62,919 nucleotides of DNA, filler included, from Bipalium vagum (GCA_037834085.1; 3 parts of 3 records of this genome joined end to end with filler, not necessarily neighbours in it); one strand, 5' to 3'; shown: positions 11,786 through 24,524, counted from the whole stretch's first letter. The notes: generated by a model from the letters alone, not told the origin. Numbers and translations are program-made.

Positions 11786-12190
11786 TGGTGCACTCGTGAG
11801 ATCGAACGGCATTTTATTAAACTCAAATAACCCTTTATTTGTTACAAAAGCAGTTATTGCTTTTGACTCTTCCTCTATCTCAATGTTGAGGTATCCACTT
11901 CATAGATTGATCGTACTGAATATAGTAGATCGTCCTAATGCATCATACATCTCGTCAATAAGTGGTAAAGGATAGTTATCCTTTATTGTTACCTCGTTTA
12001 TTTTGCGGAAATCAATACATAGTCGCCATTCTAAACCTTTCTTTTTTACTAATAACATCTGGTTTTTGGTCATTGGCTTTTTTTCTATGTGATTATTAGT
12101 TATGTAGTTGTTTTTCAAAACTGTATAAATTCATCTTTAATTGGAATTGGTATGTTATTAAATTTTACATAGGTTTTTTAAAAAAACATT
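11786..12190 (-). mobile_element. pol: Ty3/Gypsy reverse transcriptase fragment (domains 1-4)
   Basis: LLVKKKGLEWRLCIDFRKINEVTIKDNYPLPLIDEMYDAL..IFSTINL*SGY..ITAFVTNKGLFEFNKMPFDLTSAP. Confidence 0.95.
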
Positions 12191-13789
12191 TCCTATTTAA
12201 AACAACACTACTAACCTTCTCTTTATTTAATATTAAATACCCATTCCTTCTATCGAATTTCGTTATTTTCTCACATCAAAAATCTGAATATTCAAACAAA
12301 TTTTGTCAAACCATGGAAAATCAATATATCATTATAAATTACATTTTATAGTACAGATTACAATATAATTTTTAAAATAAAGTACTTATAATTAAATTGT
12401 AATTAATTCTTATTTAAATATCAATAAAATATTACATTATAAAGATAAATATGACTTTAAAATTAAAAATTCCCATGATCTGATTACACTCCTTTATTTA
12501 TATTATTCGAGATCTTGTCTTTACAAAAATTTAAATTTTTTTTGTATTAATTAATTGGATTGTTTTCACTTTTACATTTTTAATCGGTGCATACTTTATT
12601 AATTCAAGTTCACCTTGTGATACTTGAATACTTGAGAATTTTATACAACAAAATTATATACCCTTTTCTTTCATTTGATTGTGATTTTTCCTTTATATGT
12701 TTTCTTTGATTGTGTAACGAATATTCTGGAACTATTTTCTGTAGATACTTTGAATAATAATCATTTGACATTAAATAATTTACTCGTATTTTCTGTTTTA
12801 AATTTCTTTTCTGCACTCAATTGAAAAATCCAGTATACATTTTTTATCATTTAATTAATTAAAAAATTTTACTTTTATGTCCGAAATTAATATGGGAAAG
12901 TTTTTTTATCATTACACCTTGATCTATTAAAATATCACTTAAATATGTATGTACTTATTCTCTGGTTTAGCTATCGTGGTAATTAAATATACCACTTTAA
13001 AAATAAAGATAATGATATTTAGTGAAACAAAATTTTATTTATATTTAAAGAAACATGAAAATAATAAGTTTTAAATTTGATCAACCTTTGATTTTTTGAT
13101 CACTGAAATATATTTTCCCTTCAAAATTTCATTTGACAAATTTGAATGAAATAAAATTCTAATTAGTCTATATACATGTATAATGTATAGAACATATTTC
13201 AAATTGGGCACTTGCACATTTTCACAAACGTTTTCGTCAAGTCGATACATTCATTATACTCATTATTGTTCTCTTCATTCTTTAGTCATTAATATCCTTT
13301 ATTATGCTTCGGTAAATTTAAAGAAGTAAATGAACAGTAAATAATGAAATAGGCGCAAAATCCACTTCTCTCTTTTCTCTATTTGAGTGTACATCCAAAC
13401 AATTCTTAAGAAAATTGAAAAATTTGACATCTTATCAAAATCATCTTTACTTGAAAAGCTTAGAAAGAAACTTTTGTATATATCCCTATGTGGTTCATGA
13501 GTTCTCACAAAAAGTTTAAAATAAAAAGAAATTTTAAAACTGATAAAACGTAAAATAATAAAAATAGAAAAAAGAAATAAAATTTCTGCAATAAGTTTTT
13601 CGAAAAATCGATTTAAAAATTACAATAAATATTGTGAAAATAAAAAATTCATTAAAAAAATCAAATTTTCTAGGAGTCTCCACACTTATAATAGTAATCC
13701 ATATATAATAATCGTTTAGTAATGAATTAATAGAAAATATAAAGAAAAAACAATTTAATGAAAAAATATAGAGATAATGTAATAATCTC

Positions 13790-14700
13790 ACGAATTGATA
13801 TACAGTCAGGTTCCTGGGTCAACAACCAATTTCTTAGCAGTCGTTCGTGGTTGACCGAGCTTCACAAACGTGAATCTTTTCAAAAATAAAGGGTATATAT
13901 CGATCGAATCAATTCAAAGGCATTTAGGTCTGTCCATAAACAAACAAAACATTTAAGCAGCTTTAGGTGTTGAAATAAATTCTACATTATCTTCAGGAAT
14001 ATAATTATCAGGAATATAATTAAAAATACAATTAAACACAAAACCAGAGTGAAACATTATTTATCGTTTAAGAGGGACAAGGAGCTATAATTGTAGTAGC
14101 TGAGTAAATCTATGATAATCAAGTTAAAATCCAAATTTGATTAACAGTTACCTGTCACTGTATTTAATACAAAAAATGTAAACAAAAAATTCAAAAGCAT
14201 AATTAATGTAAATAACTAATAACGAATCAGAACAGATCTAATGTTCAAACCAGAATAAATTAATTAAAATATTAACAACAAAGAAGTTTTTTTTAAAATA
14301 TTTAGAGTTGGTTACTAATGAGAAAGAATATTGGGTTCTTGAGGTGTCAGTTAGGTCCAACTGGTTCGCCTAAAGACGACAAAGGTCGATAGAACCAATT
14401 CTAAATCCTCAAAATGAAGGACATACATACGTAATTGAAATTAGAACTTTCGATCAGTTTTGTAAATTTCGAGAAAATATTCCAAGAATTTCAAATATTT
14501 CTGATTATTTTCCCTCAACGTTTGATGTCAAAATTATCTTGAGGGAAAGATTTTATGTTAAATAGCAAAGAAAAGAAAATTCAAGAATAATTAAACAAAA
14601 AAATATACTTTATATCAACCCATAAAATACGAGGTCCTAGGCCGTTAGTCGAGCTCCCAGGGACCCATATGTAATCCTGTTTAATAAGCATGATGCAAAA
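13790..14700 (+). mobile_element. Possible R4/NeSL-type non-LTR remnant with restriction-like endonuclease
   Basis: RIRTDLMFKPE (i.TD...rPD-like) followed by EYWVLEVSV (iIdVav-like); GC-rich tail at 14630-14670. Confidence 0.35.
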
Positions 14701-15489
14701 GTAAACGGTAGTTTTACAAATGACACTATATATGGTTTTTAATTATATTGTAAAAACAATTTTCCAACGAAAAGTAAAAATTAAAACTTAATAGTTTTAT
14801 TTTTTAAAATACCCATGTGGTATTTTACGGTTATCTTTAGATTATTTCTTGGATAAATTAGGCTTTATCCTTATTTGAAAAAAAGTATTAAATAATATAA
14901 TTATTAGAGTTTTTATTTATATTTATATTTTCATGTTTATTTATATAATGTAGAAGTTAACAAACTTTAAGAATATTCGCCTTTACTGATTCTGAAATCG
15001 ATAACTTTCTATTCGCTGACAGAGTGCAGTTTTTTATTTAGTATTAATATTTTTTTGTCAGACTTAACTAAAATATAAAATTAAAAACATATTGTTACTA
15101 TTTTTAGATTTCCATAAATATTCTTTTATATATTTTTAAAATAAGTATTATATACACAAAATATATTAATTTATAGGAAATCTATCACTATTTTTTTCAA
15201 ATTCGCCTTAAATTAAAAATTGTTTAAATTTGGCTTGAACACGTTTTGTTTAAACGACCTATTTAGACTAATACATTTTTATCACTAATGTTAATGAAAA
15301 TGTTAATAGTCCTCTTCAGGGTAACAATTATTGATTGTAACAAAGATAGCAATCTATTTAGAATTTTTAAAGTCTTGAATACAGTTAGTAAAATACAACT
15401 TGGTATTACGAAACAGGTGCTGTCTGGTTAGAAAATTTTTTTTTAAAAAATTTTTCAAATATAATTTAAAAATTACCTTTTCAATTATT

Positions 15490-15941
15490 TGCATTTTATG
15501 ATAAAAATGATATACAATGGACCTATCAATAAGATGGCATACTCTGTCATACTGCAATAATCACAATGAAATGTCTTAATTAAAATAGAATTACTCTTTC
15601 CTTGGGCTGCATCATCGCCTGACATGAATCATATCGAGAATATGTGGTGCATTCTACAGAAAAAGGTCTGTGATCTCAATCCTACAACAAAAAACGAATT
15701 AATAACTTCTGTCTTCAAAGTTTGGAGGACAGATCCTGAAATTGGTGATTTTTGTAAAAAGTTAATCGATAGCATGCTCCGGCGAATGAAAGCTTTAATG
15801 AGTGCTAAAGGTCAACATACTTATTATTAAGATTATCAAAAACATTAATCTGCTTTTTATTTGTAAATAACGTTGATTGTATTTTAAATTTAATTAGATG
15901 ATACAAAATTATTGTGCCCCAATTAATTCCACCTATGATGT
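15490..15941 (+). mobile_element. Tc1-like transposase 3' fragment
   Basis: (Q)DG..CHTA, WAASSPDMNHIENMW, LIDSMLRRMKALMSAKGQHTYY. Confidence 0.9.
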
Positions 15942-16331
15942 AAATGCATTCCAAAAATAATGTTTTTCGACCTCCAGATGAATTCAGATAAATTAGCGTC
16001 AATTTTTGATGTTCTGTTATGTCACCGTAACAATTTCTTGTAATAACCATCTGGCATGTATAATATTTTTTAAAAATCTATTTTCAAAATTGTAATAAAT
16101 ATAGAAAGCATATCTGGTTTCAAAAAATTTTGTGGATTAAATAGTTGATTGCTGTTTCTTCAGATTGAAAAATATTGAACATATCTTCTATTTTTAAGTA
16201 TGGTAGACTCATTTTTCTGAAATTACATACATTTCACTCTAACCACATCAAATTTGTAACAATCAATACTTGTAGCCCTTAAGATGACTGTTGCTAATAA
16301 AATATTAATAAAAAGATTAATAGCTAAATAA

Positions 16332-17180
16332 TGTTGAGTCAAAGACACCCCATAGAACACCCTTTTAAAATATAAATTAATTGTTAATTAATTAATTGAT
16401 TAATTAATAATTAAGTAATTAATTAACGCCTTAAGAAGTCCTTGAAAATTTTTCCATAAAATTATTTTTAGCCTATTAATAAAATTTTAACCTATTAAAA
16501 ATAATTAAAATATTACTGAGGTTTAAAAGGGTAATTAGGGGAAGAATTTGAGAGAAAATGGGGAAAACGAAGCAATGATCATCAAGTAACAAATTTTGGA
16601 ATTTGGAGGGTGATCGTATATAGGAGAAGCATTTCCTCTCAATTCCACAGCGTACAAGAAAGAATATTGCTCGTATTACGAAGGAGATTGCTTATCGATG
16701 TTAGTTCAGAGCTCTCAACATTTTTTAAAGAATTCAAAGTAAATTCGATTATACTGATAATACATTTGGGATTATGTTTAAGTTCCACACCAGAAGGCTA
16801 TCTCTGAGCAACTGTTCGGGAAGCTTAAACGAAGCTAAATTGTAAAATAGTTTATTTTTCCTATATTATTCATTTTCTTTGTCTTTAACGTTTATTCGAT
16901 TGTTATTTCAGTATATTCTTGTTTTAATTTGTTAAGATTTGTTTTTTCAACTAACATTTTATTTGATATATATATCGTTATTACCCAAGATCTTCAAGGG
17001 ACATTCTAGAGATTATTGTGATCCCTTTTATTGTGTTTGAAAATTTTGTGATTTTTGATATTATTATCATTGAGATTTTGTTTGAGTTATTATGATATAA
17101 ATATAAATTATTGCTTTACTAATTGTTATTTTGCGCCACCTATGAGTCAGGTTTAAATTTGATATACTAAATAGTGAACA
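16332..17180 (+). mobile_element. Probable solo LTR
   Basis: TGTTGAG...GTGAACA termini, TATA-like motif ~16617, shares the TGAGCAAC..TTCGGGA block and TGTTGAG start with 38142-38640; TSD not clean. Confidence 0.55.
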
Positions 17181-18959
17181 ATATTATAAAATCAAAATTG
17201 AAAAATTTTTAAAAAAATATTTTATTTCACCTTTAAAATAATTATAATTAGTCCGTTAAAACAAAACACGGCCAATTCGAGTTTAATCCTAAAAAACATA
17301 AAGAAGAACCATAATTTACATGTAGATGTATATCTGCTTTTTAAAACATTATCCTAATTTTTCATATTTTAATCTTTATATTCTTGAATTTTTATTGGAA
17401 CATGAAAGTTGTACTACTATGATAAAATTTTTTGAAAAAATATTTTATTATTAACTGGGATATCGAAAGAACATTAATGAACAGTTTTCAGATGTATAAG
17501 ATAATCAAGACATACCTCATTAAATAAATAAATTACAAAGGATTTTTCATTGGCCTCTTCATATTATTATCATCTTTAATAAATAAATAAAATTAACAAA
17601 ATTTACTAACAGTCATGAGATCTATTGAAAAAAGAAAATGTGTTTAAACTAATTTCAGCTTCATCCCATTGATGGACTACCCTCGTCTTTACAGAACCAA
17701 CTAGTCTCCAAGGTTGCTAGAGATCCGAGTACAATTTTTGTCGTAGAAGATCATAAAAGTCAATTAACCTTTTTAAAATTATAAAGTCTAATTCGCTCTA
17801 TTCAAAAATTTAAATAAACTTTAAAAATGTGTTGAGTTACATTTTATTTTTATATAAAAACTCGTTGGTTCCATTATGGAAAGTTGAGAGTATAAATTCT
17901 TCGTGGCAGTTGATATTTGTTGACTGATGTTGACTCATGTCAGTGTGGTTAATAGTTGTGTTGGGTTTTTGAAAGATGGTAATATTTCTGACTCTTATAT
18001 GTGAAGGTAGTGTACCAATCACAGAATGATTTTAGATATAATAAAAAAGTAACTCGAAATTCTTTTTAAATCTTAATTTTTATGAAAATATACTAAAATG
18101 AAAAATTTTTATATCTAATTGATTGAAACGACAATATTTAATTTTAAAAAGAATTCAATCTTAAATAGAAAGATTGTGACGCCCTGAAGTTAAAATAGCG
18201 AACTAAATTGTTAGATCGTAAATGTTGGAAGCAAACAAAAAGAAAATCTTGAAAATTTATTTAAATTGAATAAAAACAGAAACGTGAAATAATATTCCCG
18301 TTATGTAAAATTAATTAATTACTTATGTGAATTCTCTTAGCTCTTTTTTCGGAGTTATAATAAACACGATAATTTTTACAAAATCTTTATTAGTTCTGAT
18401 AAACTAAAATTTAAATTTTTTGTAAACTGCAAAATTATGAGTTCTGTCTCTATTTATACTATTTTTTAGCTAGGTTATTTTTATTTTTGACGTCATTTTT
18501 ATTTTTACTACTGATGTCATTTTCTGTATTTGCTTTTGTTATTGACGTCATTACGTTACTTTTATCTCAAGTTTTCCTTTTTCTGACGTCTTCTCAAACT
18601 TTCCTTCTTACTTATTATTATCTTTATTACTATTTTATTTATATAATGTTGTTTTTAATATTTTAAATTTTATATTCGTTACTTATTAAATTTTATTTTA
18701 TTATATGGTTATTTTATTATTGTTATTATTTAAATATATTTTTTATATTACAGGTTAGAACCTTATTTGTTAAATTATTATTATTATTAAGGTCATAAGA
18801 CCTTTGTTTATTTATTTTATGTAATTTTTAAGGGTCATAAAATTTTTTGAGGTAAATCAATCAAGAGGAAATCTTCATGAAGTCATTTTTAGACACTTGA
18901 AGATATCAGAGAAAACTATTTATAAAAATGGTCGAAGTTCAACAAATCTATATCAAGCA

Positions 18960-19260
18960 AATATATATACTGTCAATAACTTCTTATACTTGATATGATT
19001 AAACTATTTGGAAGAACATTTTTTCCTCTCGCTTTATTTATTAGACATCTTGGTCCAACGAATTGTCCACCTCCTGAAAAAACTGAAAAAGTCCAATAAT
19101 AAAATTTATTATTAGGTGATACACATAATGCACACATAAAGAACACCAATACAAAACTATTGCATATAATGTCATCAATATTTCGTGTATGAGCCCTTCG
19201 GTTTGATGAACACATTAATATGGGACTTCATGCTTTTCATTAATTTTTGTTTTTAGGCAT
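18960..19260 (-). mobile_element. Possible Merlin (ISXO2-like) transposase fragments
   Basis: KNVLPNSLIISSIRSY (v.pGsiIiSD.w.aY-like) and RAHTRNID (gaHTn.IE-like), but in non-canonical order. Confidence 0.35.
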
Positions 19261-20479
19261 CATCGCTCATTTAAATATTCCACAAGATTTATTTTTAAAG
19301 TAAACGAAGCCCACTATTACCTAACTTCAATATTTTTTGGTTAGGTTCGTTAATAATTACGAAAACAGGCCTACAACTTATTTAATCTCATCACAAATTA
19401 TCAAAGAGATTAGAAAATGTCTCAAGATACATTACAAGTTATCAAAATGTCCCATTGATATTATAAATCACAGTTTCTTGTCAATACTGCAATGAATGAT
19501 AAATATAAAATAAAATTGCTATAGATTATTTGAAATAAACTTTAAGTTAATTATGTGGGAAAAATCAAGAGATATAAATAGGAAACGAAGGCAATAATGT
19601 GATTTCAATCATTTCAATTCAAATTTTAAACAATGATTGTAAGTTAATCAAAAAATGATATAATTTTATTGATTTCTTGTGATATCGAACAATTTGTGAT
19701 CTTAATGAGTTCATTATTTTTTATTAAATAATTTTAAAAATTAAATATTTTTTTTTAAAAAAATGATAATATAATAAAATATTACAAAAAAATGTCAATA
19801 AATAGCATAACCTAACAGATAAAAAATATTTAATGAAGCCATAAACTTTAAAGTTGCGTATGGCGCTAAAAATAATATAAATAAAATTAGTATATAATAT
19901 GCAATCAAAAATTGTATAACCATCCTTCTAAAGCTAAATTATAGTTTTTTATAACTAATAGGTATGTTAAGATCCTAAAAGATGGATAGAATGTTAAAAA
20001 GTGGAGCTTACTGTGTTTAGGTCTTAATGTTTGAAGGTTTCTTATTAACGTGTTCGTTAATATTATTTAAAGTGATTGAGAGAAAAATTTTGTTTTTAAA
20101 ACTTTATAAAATAAAGTATAAATTTACAAACGAGTGATATCGTTCCTGATTGATTGAAAAATAAGTTATTAATTATATTTATTATTATTATTATTTGTCT
20201 AACAAGACACTTGTATTAATTAAAATCAAACGATATAAAATAACTTTACGATCAAATCTTAATTATTATTTTTATGAATCGGTTGAATAAATTTATTAGT
20301 ATATTATTATCAAGGAACTAGTCTTGACAACTCTTGGTTTCAAGCTAGTATAAATTAATGATATAAATAGAGTTAGTGAAGTCTGATAAAGATATTAAAA
20401 TAATATTGTAATAAAACTTTGTTACACAAGTGCAACAAGTTGTATATATAACAAAAAATAAAATTTACTGTATTTAAAA

Positions 20480-21189
20480 AATTCAAACTGGATTAAAGCA
20501 TAAACTGTTTATTGATGAAAATTTTTGGTGGTTTTGTGAATTTTATTTCTTTCTGTATATAGTTGGTACAACGCTTATTTTTTACTCTGATGTGGACCTG
20601 TGACTTGATTGTTGAGTTAGTTTTTAACTTTCTGGTATGGGCCTTTAGTTGAGTAGGTTAACTGCTATGACTGAGATTTACGTCTGTTGGTATTGATTGA
20701 TAATTTGAAATCCGTTGGAGTGCTTAGACTTGTTTTTGTAAGTATAATTCTGTCTTTAATCTACTTTTCTTTTCTTCTGACTGCCTCTGTTTTTTTTCTT
20801 TTTATATTAAAATTTCTATCCTATTTTCCTTTTAAAACAACTTTCCATTTCCTAGTATAATTTTTCTACTCATTCTTATTACTATTTTTAAAACTTTTAC
20901 ATAAAATTCTGACCAAAATATTATTACTTGATTATAACCATATATACAATTGGATCATAAACACAAAAGGATCATTAAAAATCAAAACATAAACATAATT
21001 AAAATTCCAAAGAAAAGTTAAAATTCAGATTTGAAAGGATAAGGATCACAGCACTGTTAATATTTCGATCAGTCTTTGGTTGTTGATTGTGGTTGTTGAC
21101 GAGTTGCTTTTGGTTGTCTCCAATTGCTTCGTCTTTTGCTTCGTCTTGGAGTCTCCACAGATAACTAGAAAGTTACCAATATTCAAAAC
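20480..21189 (-). mobile_element. Internal 5' region (UTR and decayed gag-like start) of the LTR element at 21190-21957
   Basis: A-rich minus strand directly downstream of the LTR end; TGGTAAC shortly after the end; KFTKPPK gag-like peptide. Confidence 0.45.
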
Positions 21190-21957
21190 TGTTACTATTA
21201 TACTTAGACGTAGTAACGTGTGCTCATGAGTCCTCACTTTTTATAAATCGTTGTGTCCGTAACTCCTCTCAACCTTATCGAATCAATACACCAACAACAA
21301 TACTGTATTAGCACCCTAAGAACTGAATCAAAACTTTTCAATAAAATTTATTGATCAAAAGCACAATCACAATATCAATTACCAGAATAAGTCCCCAAGA
21401 TATGTCTAATAAATAATAATAAAATGAATATACTACTATTATTGAGAGGAAAGAAAAAGATAAACACAAAGAGAGAAGTTCATGAAGAGTAATACTAGAA
21501 ATAAACACAAACAAAAATAATGAACGGTCTCACCGTCCCCGAGTCGCCCTCTAGGTCCTTCTCAGGTCACTTAGGAGTTCCCAAGCTCTCTGGGTCCCCT
21601 TGTAGAATCCTTCTGCGAAGTCATATCCACTTGAAAATACCTTAATGTCCTTCCTTCGGCTCGTAGTCATCCTGAATTCGTAGTTTCCTGATAGACGCTT
21701 CCTTGAATTATCATTCTCCGTTGACGTATTGTGTTTTGATGTACTAGCGGTTTTTTGGCAAATTGACGGGAATAGCCGTCTCTTTATATAGTCGCAGAGA
21801 TTGATCTACGATTACCAATCTCTACTCTTCGGGACGGTTATTTCCAACAATAGCCTCTAATTGCTATTTTTGCCTCTACCCCGAGAGAAAAGAATTTAGT
21901 AATTCCATCGATAGAGTACTATTTCCATTCCCAACCTCGACGCTGAGGTTAATTACA
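21190..21957 (-). mobile_element. LTR (~770 bp)
   Basis: TGTAATT...ATAGTAACA termini on the minus strand; TATATAAA; homologous to 36315-36708 at start (CTCAgCGTCGA), core and end (GTATAATAGTAACA). Confidence 0.7.
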
Positions 21958-21959
21958 AT

Positions 21960-21963
<4 letters not shown>

Positions 21964-22033
<70 letters not shown>
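21964..22033. repeat. (ATT)n microsatellite at scaffold end
   Basis: Perfect trinucleotide run. Confidence 0.95.
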
Positions 22034-22133
22034 NNNNNNNNNNNNNNNNNNNNNNNNNNNNNNNNNNNNNNNNNNNNTTAATTAATTAANNNNNNNNNNN
22101 NNNNNNNNNNNNNNNNNNNNNNNNNNNNNNNNN
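22034..22133. other. Artificial scaffold-joining linker
   Basis: N44-TTAATTAATTAA-N44, 100 bp, stops in all six frames; identical to 44102-44201. Confidence 0.95.
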
Positions 22134-22209
22134 AAAAAATTAAAAATACACGTGTTTGTAAAAGTTATTTTTGTTTTACATCGGTTAGTCTTTTAGTGGC
22201 CACCCTGTA
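22134..22209. mobile_element. Right end of a Tc1/mariner element
   Basis: ...GGCCACCCTG-TA terminus (CAGGGTG-type TIR). Confidence 0.6.
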
Positions 22210-22212
22210 TTA

Positions 22213-22277
<65 letters not shown>

Positions 22278-22469
22278 TATGTTTGTTCAAATTAAATCGA
22301 TCCGCTTTCAAAAGATTGCTCTGACTAATAAATTTTAATTAATCATAGATTCATAATAATCATTAATTCAATTGATTCAGGAAGATTAAACATCTTTGAA
22401 TAATTTTCAGTTAAATTCGAGTTGATTTTCTTGCAAGACGACATGTTTTACTAAATCAATTATAACAAA

Positions 22470-22735
22470 TTTCAAATAATAAAACCATATATGATATCAT
22501 TTTCGAAGACAAACCTTTTGTAGTCAGCCAAAAAAATATGAAGACAAAGATTTTGAAGCATTACTCGATGAAGATCCCAATCAAGAACATGAGGAGCTTA
22601 CAGAATCTTTTGAGTTACTTAACAAGAGCAAAATTGAAATCAATGAGAATTATACATAATCAATGAAATTGTGTGCCCGTGAAATAAAACCTAGAGATGT
22701 TGAAAGGCCATATTTCACTTGCGAGCAATTTGTTT
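22470..22735 (+). mobile_element. mariner (mauritiana/Mos1-like) transposase fragment
   Basis: QPKKYEDKDFEALLDEDPNQ..EELTES; VP.EIKPRDVERPYFTCEQ. Confidence 0.9.
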
Positions 22736-22739
22736 ATTC

Positions 22740-23400
22740 AGTTCGTCAGTTGTGCCTGCTGACATCCATTTAAGGAAAAGCTTGTTTCATTAGTAAATAT
22801 CAGTTTTTGAGGAAAAGATTGATTTTTGTCGATTTGATTAATTAGGCTTTCGCACTTTGCAATTCTTTCTGGATAGTCTTTGTCATATAGCTTAGGAATA
22901 ATTTAGATTTTGTTTGAATAAAATTGAAGATCTTTTCAATATTGTGTGTAGCTTTAAAAGTGTATCCTTTCTTACCAATATCTCAGGTTCTTCTTCATAA
23001 AAATAATGTGTTTCGTATATTTTTTCATCTTCAAACTTCTAAATATCACTAACCCTCCCAGTCTCTTTGAATTTTACAAATATATTTCACTTTCCCGGTA
23101 TTATATATTTTTCAATTTAGGGTGTTTTGTTAATACACTGACTATTGTGATTTATTCCATCTTACACTTACTTCAACGTAGAACATTATTAAAATTCGAA
23201 TTTATTGAATTTAAATTAGATAACATCGATTTATTATTTAACAATTTAACATCTACATTAAATTTCGAAAATTCTTTTCCGAATCAAAAGACATCAAAAT
23301 TTAATCAAAAAATTAGCCATCATTAATATTTATGACCTTCCTGCATAAGCCTATCAAATTTTCAATTAAAGTTTTATAAATGATTGGGGTTCTGGAGTTA
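22740..23400 (-). mobile_element. Tc1/mariner (rosa/DD41D-like) N-terminal remnant
   Basis: KFKETGRVSD; DYPERIAKCE..LIFTNETSFSLNG; same family as 61700-62780. Confidence 0.75.
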
Positions 23401-23856
23401 AAGTACGATTAATATCTGTAAAAATGTTTATTTTCAATATTTTTGATACTTCCAAATATTTTTATTTTAAATAAAAGAAATTCAATAATTTTTCAAGAAT
23501 TATTTTAATTTAAAATAAAATAAATTAATTTTTTCAGAATTAATTTTATTAGAAACATTATTAATTTTTCTTTTCCAGATTTAATTTATTGATTTATATA
23601 ATGATGGAAAAATGTTCACAAATCTAGAAATTTTTTTTTTTAATTGAAAATTAAATTAACAAAAAAAACATTAATTGATTATAGACATTTTTTTGGTTTT
23701 GAGCGAAATCGAGATTTTGAAGACCTTTTCAGTGCAGAGCTTGGATGGATGAGTTTGCATGAATGTAATTTCTGACTATAAGATATATTAATCATAACGG
23801 AATTTCTTTTTTGACAAATAAACATTGACAAAAATTTAGTCTTTTGTTGTTTTCAG

Positions 23857-24021
23857 TATTAGAAGAACTCTCAGTGAAAACAATCCTGTCAAAATTCGGT
23901 CGAACTGGTTTATCGAAGGCATCGTTCGAGAAGAAGGGGTCGCTATGTTACGCAATAAACCACACGGGACGTTCCTGATCAGAAAAAGCAAAGAGCATAA
24001 TAAATATGCGCTGGATATTGT
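23857..24021 (+). CDS. PIK3R: PI3K regulatory subunit p85-like, penultimate exon (first half of C-terminal SH2)
   Basis: tttcAG acceptor, GTaata donor; IRRTLSENNPVKIRSNWFIEGIVREEGVAMLRNKPHGTFLIRKSKEHNKYALDI(V) with the FLVR-type motif. Confidence 0.9.
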
Positions 24022-24384
24022 GTAATACTTTTCATTCTGTACCTTTTTACTGGGAACTGGGCGGGGTTAGGAACGAAATTGAAATTGGATTTTGCTTTTG
24101 TAATAGCATGAATGATTCAATTTAGTACATAAATTTAGCACAATAGTTTTAATGGAACATAATAGTTGCAATTTGAAACTTGGAAGTACTGTTTTAATTT
24201 TTTGATTAAACGTTTTTAACTTATTTCAATATTGGAACCTCCATAAAAAAGTTTAAAGTTACCGTTTTATGCAAATCATTTATTGATCTGATTTTTCAGT
24301 CGAAAACTACTTCCTATTTTTTATTCATGATTTATGGATTATTTGTTTAAAATATTGATGTTGAATTCTTCAAATTCAAGGGAC

Positions 24385-24455
24385 GATCTTTTGTAATTGA
24401 TCTTTTGTAATATTTTCAATTGATCTTTTGTAATTGACCTTTTGTAATATTTTAA
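24385..24455. repeat. Intronic minisatellite (TTGATCTTTTGTAA-like x4)
   Basis: Four near-identical copies visible. Confidence 0.8.
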
Positions 24456-24524
24456 AATATCATTTGTACTGGTTTTCAGATTTAATTTCTTGTCGTTTTG
24501 GTTTTATGTCGTTTTTTTCAATAG

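Noticed and set aside
17659-17790. GC-richer segment after tttcAG (LHPIDGLPSSLQNQLVSKVARDP)
   Set aside because: No convincing donor site, no recognisable product, and on a different scaffold from the p85 exons
23700-23770. Possible extra upstream p85 exon
   Set aside because: The only open frame ends in phase 1, incompatible with the phase-2 start of the 23857 exon
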